A stretch of 64,000 bases of DNA from the human T2T-CHM13v2.0 reference genome, Homo sapiens. This document shows, one piece after another, positions 57,915-64,000 of the stretch; the stretch's first letter is position 1, and every line of letters starts with the position of its first letter. Under the pieces are notes generated by a model, which was given only the letters and a program-made list of their open reading frames with translations, searched no databases and had not been told where the DNA came from. Where the stretch lies: the NCBI RefSeq assembly GCF_009914755.1, contig NC_060939.1. One strand, written 5' to 3'. A program made the translations under genes and the position numbers.

Positions 57915-58135
57915 ACAATAATAACTACTAACACCGTCTACTGAATGCAGACTATGTGGCAAGCACTGTTGTAAACAGGTTAGTGTTACGCATTTGATCC
58001 ATGCATTAGCCCTATCATTCCCATTTTACAGAGGAGAAAACGGAGGCACAGAGCGGGTAAGGCCCTTGCCCAAGGAAGACTAGCAGCATCAGATGTGACC
58101 TAGCAAATCTGTCACCAAAGCCCATGCTTTGAACT
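57915..58135 (-). mobile_element. MIR
   Basis: CATTCCCATTTTACAGAGGAGAAAACGGAGGCACAGAGCGGGTAAGGCCCTTGCCCAAGG. Confidence 0.8.
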
Positions 58136-60289
58136 CCTTTCTGTTCTGTGAGTTATTCTGCTCCTTGGGGCTGGAGGCCTCTGGCATGATGAAGCCAGGC
58201 TTATGTCCTCCCCTTGCAGTGCTCTCCACATCAGCTCACTTCATCCTCTCCCACGCAGCATGGCAGGGGAGATGAGGAGATCCAGGCTCAGGGAAGTCAG
58301 TGGTTGGTCCCGTCACATAGGTGGGAGGTGGCAGAGCCGGACAGCATCCTCCCCTCTGCTCTACCTTCCCTGTCTATTCGCTGAGGAAAACTAACGCTTC
58401 TGCCGAAGAATGTACTATTTTTTCTTTCTGATGTTAATCTAAACAGGTCCCTTATTTCCTTAGACCAATTGATTGTGCAGGCCTGACAGCGAACAGTCCC
58501 AGAATTAAGAACCAGAATTAAGAGATTAAACCAAACTTTACTTATCTAGGTCAGACACTTCTCCAGTTTCTCAGCTATCATTTGTATGGTTTCCCCCTCT
58601 AGGGCTTCTTGAGGATTTCTTCCCATTCAAATATGTTCTGCTGAAATCCTTGGTTTTCCCTTGGGTTCTTTCACCTTCTCTCTAAGCTGGATGTTCTCAT
58701 CTGCTGGCCTTACCCCCACATAACCATAAGGAATTTTAAACGGGGAGGTAATTCCCTCAGAAATTCAAAATGATCCTCAGGTTATCTTCAGAGCAGCTGT
58801 GGAATGAAGGGAGCAACCCAGGACTTGGGACCAAAAGCCCAGTGTTGGGAGCCTGTAAAGTGAAAAAGTCTTATCTCAATGCCTCAGGCAAAATGGAAAT
58901 GCCAACATAAGGGTTGAATAAAACGATAAGTTATATACATTCTCTATAAGTAGTAAAGCACCATGCAAACACAAGCTATCATTTCCTATAGTCCAGTGAT
59001 CCTCTACAGGGCCAGGCTAGTTTATCAAAAAATAAAACGCTCCTGCTTCTGGGTGGGATATATATGTAGTCTGACCACCCGCCAAGAGAAGGTCACTGGA
59101 GTCTAAGTTAAAGGGTCTCACTAGGTGCTCAGGCTGAGGGTCAGAAACCAGCTCAAACAGTGGAGTAGACCAGGAGGAGACTTTCAAGCACCTTTCTCAT
59201 AGTTAACCTGTCCTTGAATAGTTAGGGGAGGCTGGGAGGAGTATCATTCTGACCACAAATATGATAAACTAGAAGACATATATTGCTAGGAGAATCTCAA
59301 CCCTATCCCCTCCAACACAGAGATAGGACAAATTGTCCCATTTCATTCCTATGGCATGTGGGATGCAAAGCCAGAGCACAAATTATGACAGTGCTTGGAG
59401 CTCCAGCCCACTAAACATGAGCTCAGGCGGCAATTGGAAAACACCTGTGCCCAGTATGGGTGATGTTTTTGAATGTTTATTAGGCTGGTCAAGGGCTGTT
59501 TTTTGCTTCCTAAGAGCAAAATTGTCTCATGAAGTTCTCTGCAATTGCACATATGAGTTCAGAATATGAATATTAATGAAATAAAATGATACACCTTCCA
59601 CTAAAACTTTATTTGTAGATTTTATTTTCTGCTTACAGGAACATTGATATTGGTGCTTAGGTCTTTGCTGCATTTAAAGTGCCTCTTTAAAAATCTCATT
59701 TGGAGTGAATATTCTATTAATGTTTTGTAGTGTTTGGCTTTGTTCCTTCGTGTCTTGGTTGTTTGCCTCCCCGCTTCAAAGGAGGAAAAGGAAAAGGGAA
59801 AAAGGCAATCAGAATTCTCCCTTTTGAGAAGACAATGTACACATAATCAGCCAACAGGACAGAATGAAATGGACAAAGCCCTACAAGATAAATTCTTGTT
59901 ATGGCAAAGGTGAATCTTGTAGAAAATTTTTATTCTCCCCATGGCCCCCCAACTACTAAAAAACAATTCCTTTTCTTAATTATTTTCCGTATTTATAAAC
60001 TTGTCTTGTTCCAGAATGAACTTTAGGTAGCTTTAAAGAGTTATTTTGATTAGTTTATTTTGGTAGTTGATGAAACGATCTTTCGAAGTTCCCAAATCTT
60101 CAGCCAAATGCCTCAAGCTCCTTGGGAGATGGGGAGGCTGTGAAGTCTCTTCTCAAACCAGTTTTGGTAACCCAGGTCAGACTTGTTCAAGAGCTCCTAA
60201 AAACAAAACTTGCAATTTGGCTGGAGTTGTCCCAGTGTTCAGATGCAATACTCCATCACCCAGAATCTTTAAGGGTAACCTAATCATGT

Positions 60290-60652
60290 TGATATGGTTT
60301 GGCTGTGTCCCCACCCAAATCTCATCTTGAACTGTAGCTCCCATAATTCCCACATGTCGTGGGAGGGACCCAGTGGGAGGTAACTGAATCATGGGGGCAG
60401 GTCTTCCTGTGCCGTTCTTGTGATAGTGAATGAGTCTTGCAAGATCTGATGGTTTTATAAAGGGCAGTTCCCCTGCACACGCTCTCTTGCCTGCCACCAT
60501 GTAAGATGTGACTTTGCTCCTCATTCACCTTCCACCATGATTGTGAGGCCTCCCCAGCCATGTGGAACAGTGAGTCAATGGAATCTCTTTCCTTTATAAA
60601 TTACCCAGTTTCGGGTATATCTTTATTAGCAGCATGAGAACAGACTAATACA
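60290..60652 (+). mobile_element. THE1B-like solo LTR
   Basis: TGATATGGTTTGGCTGTGTCCCCACCCAAATCTC ... GACTAATACA; TSD CATGT/GATGT. Confidence 0.95.
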
Positions 60653-62894
60653 GATGTATTTGTCAGTTCTTTTCACCAGAACTCTTTGGAGGGTTGGGTA
60701 GTCTCTCACTAAGCACATTCCTGCAAGCCCACAAAGGCAAGAGTTTTAGTGGAAGCTGTGCCCTCCCTGAAAGCTATTTGCAAAAAGCCAGGGCAGAGGG
60801 GGCAAGAGCTCTCTGCTTCAGGAGGCAGAACATCCTCACTGTGCTCCTGGAGCAGAGAAAAGCCTTGCTCCATCCCCAGCCCTCAAAGGAGTCCATAGGA
60901 GCCCCAAGTACACAACCGAGATCTGATGCTTCTAGCTAGCCATACTATACAGTTCTACAGAGAGAAGAAAATGCCCTGGCAGACAGGTTCACACCAGGGC
61001 ACACTTTGAAGCCAAAGTAGCAAAATTTTTTCCCTAAGTTCCAATCCTAATAGTTTCAGTGAGTATCAGAGGCAATTTGTTTATGCTGCACACTTTCTAC
61101 TGAGAAGCAGAGAGAAGGTTCAAAGGTAATTCAGTAATAGGCTGGGAGACAGACATGGCTGGGAGCAGTTTCTGCTACTCAGCGTGACCATCTTCACAAG
61201 TAGCCCAGTCCCCTGGCTAGTCAGAATGTAAAAACCATATAAACCAAAGTTAATAACTTAAAATTGTTGAGAGTGAGGTTCTTGATGCCACCTCTGTTGC
61301 CTCCCTGGACCTTTCAGACATACTATTGTGTTATTTTCTATTGCAAAATCTGTCTAGTGGTGGGGTAGGGAGGCGGAGGCCAGTCACAGAGGAGCTCACT
61401 CTCCGGGGGTCCTTCTCCCAGCCACTAGCATACGGCTTCCATGACAAGAGGGACTTGTCTGTGTTGTTCAGAACTAGACCTTGAATAATAGTAGGGTTTC
61501 TGGCACCTAATAAGTGAGCATTAAATCTGCTGAGTAAATGAGTGACTAGAATCTACTATCAAGAGTAACCTAAAAAAATAACTACTCCAGTGTACCTTCT
61601 GTGCATTCATTTATGATTTTGGAAGGGAAATTCCAAGGGCCAGATGATAGAAATCAAGTGAGGCCTGAGTTTCTAGGAGCTGAAATGAACAACCTGAGAC
61701 AGCCCAGCTGGGCCACCAGCCAAAGGTGGCAGTGAGCAAGTAAAGGGAAAACCATATGGGGTCACCAGGGGAACCCTTATGCATCCACAAGCCCAGAATC
61801 TAGGATCTAGAAGGGAATGTCAAGGTCATCTCCTCCACACTGTCTCTCAATAGCAGGACTCTGTTTCTATAGGATTCCTCACAGCAGAATAGGATGCAAC
61901 AAAGTCCTCCAGGCAGTGTTAAGGCTGCAAATACATAGTAAATGACTGCCTCCCCTACTCCCTCCCTGCCCCACCAAATCCTTTCATTTAGGAGTAATAT
62001 CAGAAGGAGGTTGTTGGTAGGATATTTGATTTATTCATTCAGTGAATACTTACTGAGTCCAAGTATTCTAAGGATACAAACATGAAAAAAACCTAAGTTC
62101 TAGCCTCCAGGACGAAGACAGCCCTTGTTTTTGTAAAGCCCATCACAGCTTACAAAGTACTTTATTCTATCATATGGCCACATTCAAAGTTGCTAGCAAA
62201 ACTGCTTTGGGATATAGTCTGTTGAACAAAGTTCTTTAAGATGGGATTGGAGGTAGGGAGAGAGTGGCTTCCTCCTGGGGTTCCAAAACTTAATCACCCA
62301 TCATACCTCAAAGTTCCCAGGGAAACGGCAGCAATCATTAGTCATACTCTATTCCCAAGTTCCTCCTCTTTGCCTTAATCCTTTGGATCAATAATATAAT
62401 TACTGCTCTAGTCTGAAGGTCTTAAAATTTCTATTTTTCATGTTGATTGCCAGTCAATTTTTAAAGTTTATTTTTAACTTAATGATTTTTGTAGACAGAT
62501 TTTCTAGTTCACTGGAGATTTTTGGTTTTATGGATTTAAAGAAACAAAATAATATCATTTTACTTGATTTTCTTTTGTGGCTTACAAATCTTAACTTGAC
62601 AGTGTTTGCCAAAGGTGAGCTTCTTTGAGTATATCTGTTCCAATAACTTATATTTCCTTGAAGTTATGAGAGATAGCTACAAAGAACAGAATTCTGTTCT
62701 GAAATAATAAGTTGGGAGTTTGAGAAAATGAGGGCAGTTCCAGGAGTGAGTATGGACATGGATGACATGAGGAGGATTAAGGCATAGTAGGAAAAACACA
62801 GTTTGGTTTGACTCCCAGCTCTGTGACCTTGGGTAGGTCATATACCTCTGCTGAATGTATTTCTCATTTGCTTAGTAAGAAAATAATGCCAGCC

Positions 62895-63251
62895 TGTATT
62901 AGTCCATTTTCACACTGATAATAAAGACATACCTGAGACTGGGCTATTTACAAAATAAAGAGGTTTAATTTGACTCACAGTTCCATGTGGCTGGGGAAGC
63001 CTCACAATCATGGCAGAAGGCAAGGAAGAGCAAGTCACGTCTTACATGGATGGCAGCAGGCAAAGAGAGAGAGCTTGTGTAGGGGAACTCCTCTTTTTAA
63101 AACCATCAATCTCGTGAGACTTAATTCACTATCATCAGAACAGCTCGGGAAAGATTTGCCCCCGTGATTCAATTACCTCCCACTGGGTCCCTGTCACAAC
63201 ACGCTGAAATTCAAGATGAGGTTTGGATGGGGACATAGCCAATCCATATCA
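62895..63251 (-). mobile_element. THE1A-like solo LTR inserted in a MIR
   Basis: TGTATTAGTCC ... CCATATCA; perfect TSD CAGCC (62890-62894, 63252-63256). MIR halves flank it. Confidence 0.93.
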
Positions 63252-63561
63252 CAGCCTAACAGGGATGTTCCAGGATAGGATTCTCAGTATTGTATGCAAG
63301 CACTGGATGTCTTGCTAGCAGTGGCTCTCACAGCAGGGAACTGTGTGGCATGTAGGAACAAGCTGCATGGATGGTGTACCAGGCCCTGATGTCCATGGAA
63401 AGGCTTTCTTCGTGGGGTTATTGGTACCCCCAGCTGTGGTCATCCTAATGTGAACAGGCCTCCGGCATTTCATGAAGACTGAGGCGAGGATGTTATGTAG
63501 AGGACTATGAGGTTTATCTCAGTTTCAGAGAACTCATAAGAATCTTGAAGACCAAGAGACT

Positions 63562-63966
63562 TCTATTAGTCTGTTTTGTGTTGCTATAAAGGAATACCTG
63601 AAACCAGATAATTTCTAAAGAAAACAGGTTTATTTGGCTCACAGTTCTGCAGGCTGTACAAGCATGGCACCAGTATCTGATCAGCTTCTGGTGAGGCCTC
63701 AGGAAACTTACAATCAAAGCAGAAGGTGAAGGGGGAGCAGGTGTAGCACATGGCAAGAGAGGGAGAAAGAAGGTTGAGGAGGTCTCAGAGTCTTTTTTAT
63801 GAGACCATCAGACCTCATGTGAACTTATTACTGCAGGGAGAGCACCAAGCCATTCACAAGGGATCTGCCCCCATGGCCCAAACAACTTCCACCACACCCC
63901 ACCTCCAACACTGGGGATCATATTTCCACATGAGATTTGGAGGGAAGAAACATTCAAACTACATCA
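63562..63966 (-). mobile_element. MSTB-like solo LTR
   Basis: TATTAGTCTGTTTTGTGTTGCTATAAAGGAATACCTGA ... CCCCACCTCCAACACTGGGGATCA ... ATTCAAACTACATCA. Confidence 0.88.
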
Positions 63967-64000
63967 AAGCCCACTAGGTAAGTAAGGTCAACTGTCTGCA

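Noticed and set aside
60548-60562. PRDM9 hotspot 13-mer in THE1 LTRs
   Set aside because: The copies read CCTCCCCAGCCAT (THE1B, THE1D) or CTTCCCCAGCCAC (THE1A), not the hotspot variant CCTCCCTAGCCAC.

Overview
This window is primate (very likely human) non-coding DNA, intronic or intergenic. The evidence is Alu, L1PA, THE1/MST, MADE1 and MER75 insertions on a background of older MIR, L2, L1M, MLT and hAT relics, with strong CpG depletion. I can support no host protein-coding exon, tRNA, rRNA or CRISPR array. The ORF track is explained by repeat relics or chance, and I cannot name the locus. I found no credible undescribed multi-gene system. The most notable items are: (1) a near-perfect 70+70 bp hairpin inside an old L1 ORF2 relic (42670-42820); (2) a decayed LTR18/HERV-S-like env with readable ISU and CX6CC motifs plus its 3' LTR, abruptly fused to an L1; (3) an intact piggyBac MITE (MER75) with TTAA TSDs and a PGBD4-like N-terminal remnant; (4) a candidate L1 3' transduction; (5) a TSD-less L1PA splitting an AluJ; (6) several local duplications; (7) motif-dense, repeat-free candidate enhancers. 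Subfamily names come from recalled consensus sequences, not from a database search. Boundaries of old repeats are approximate.
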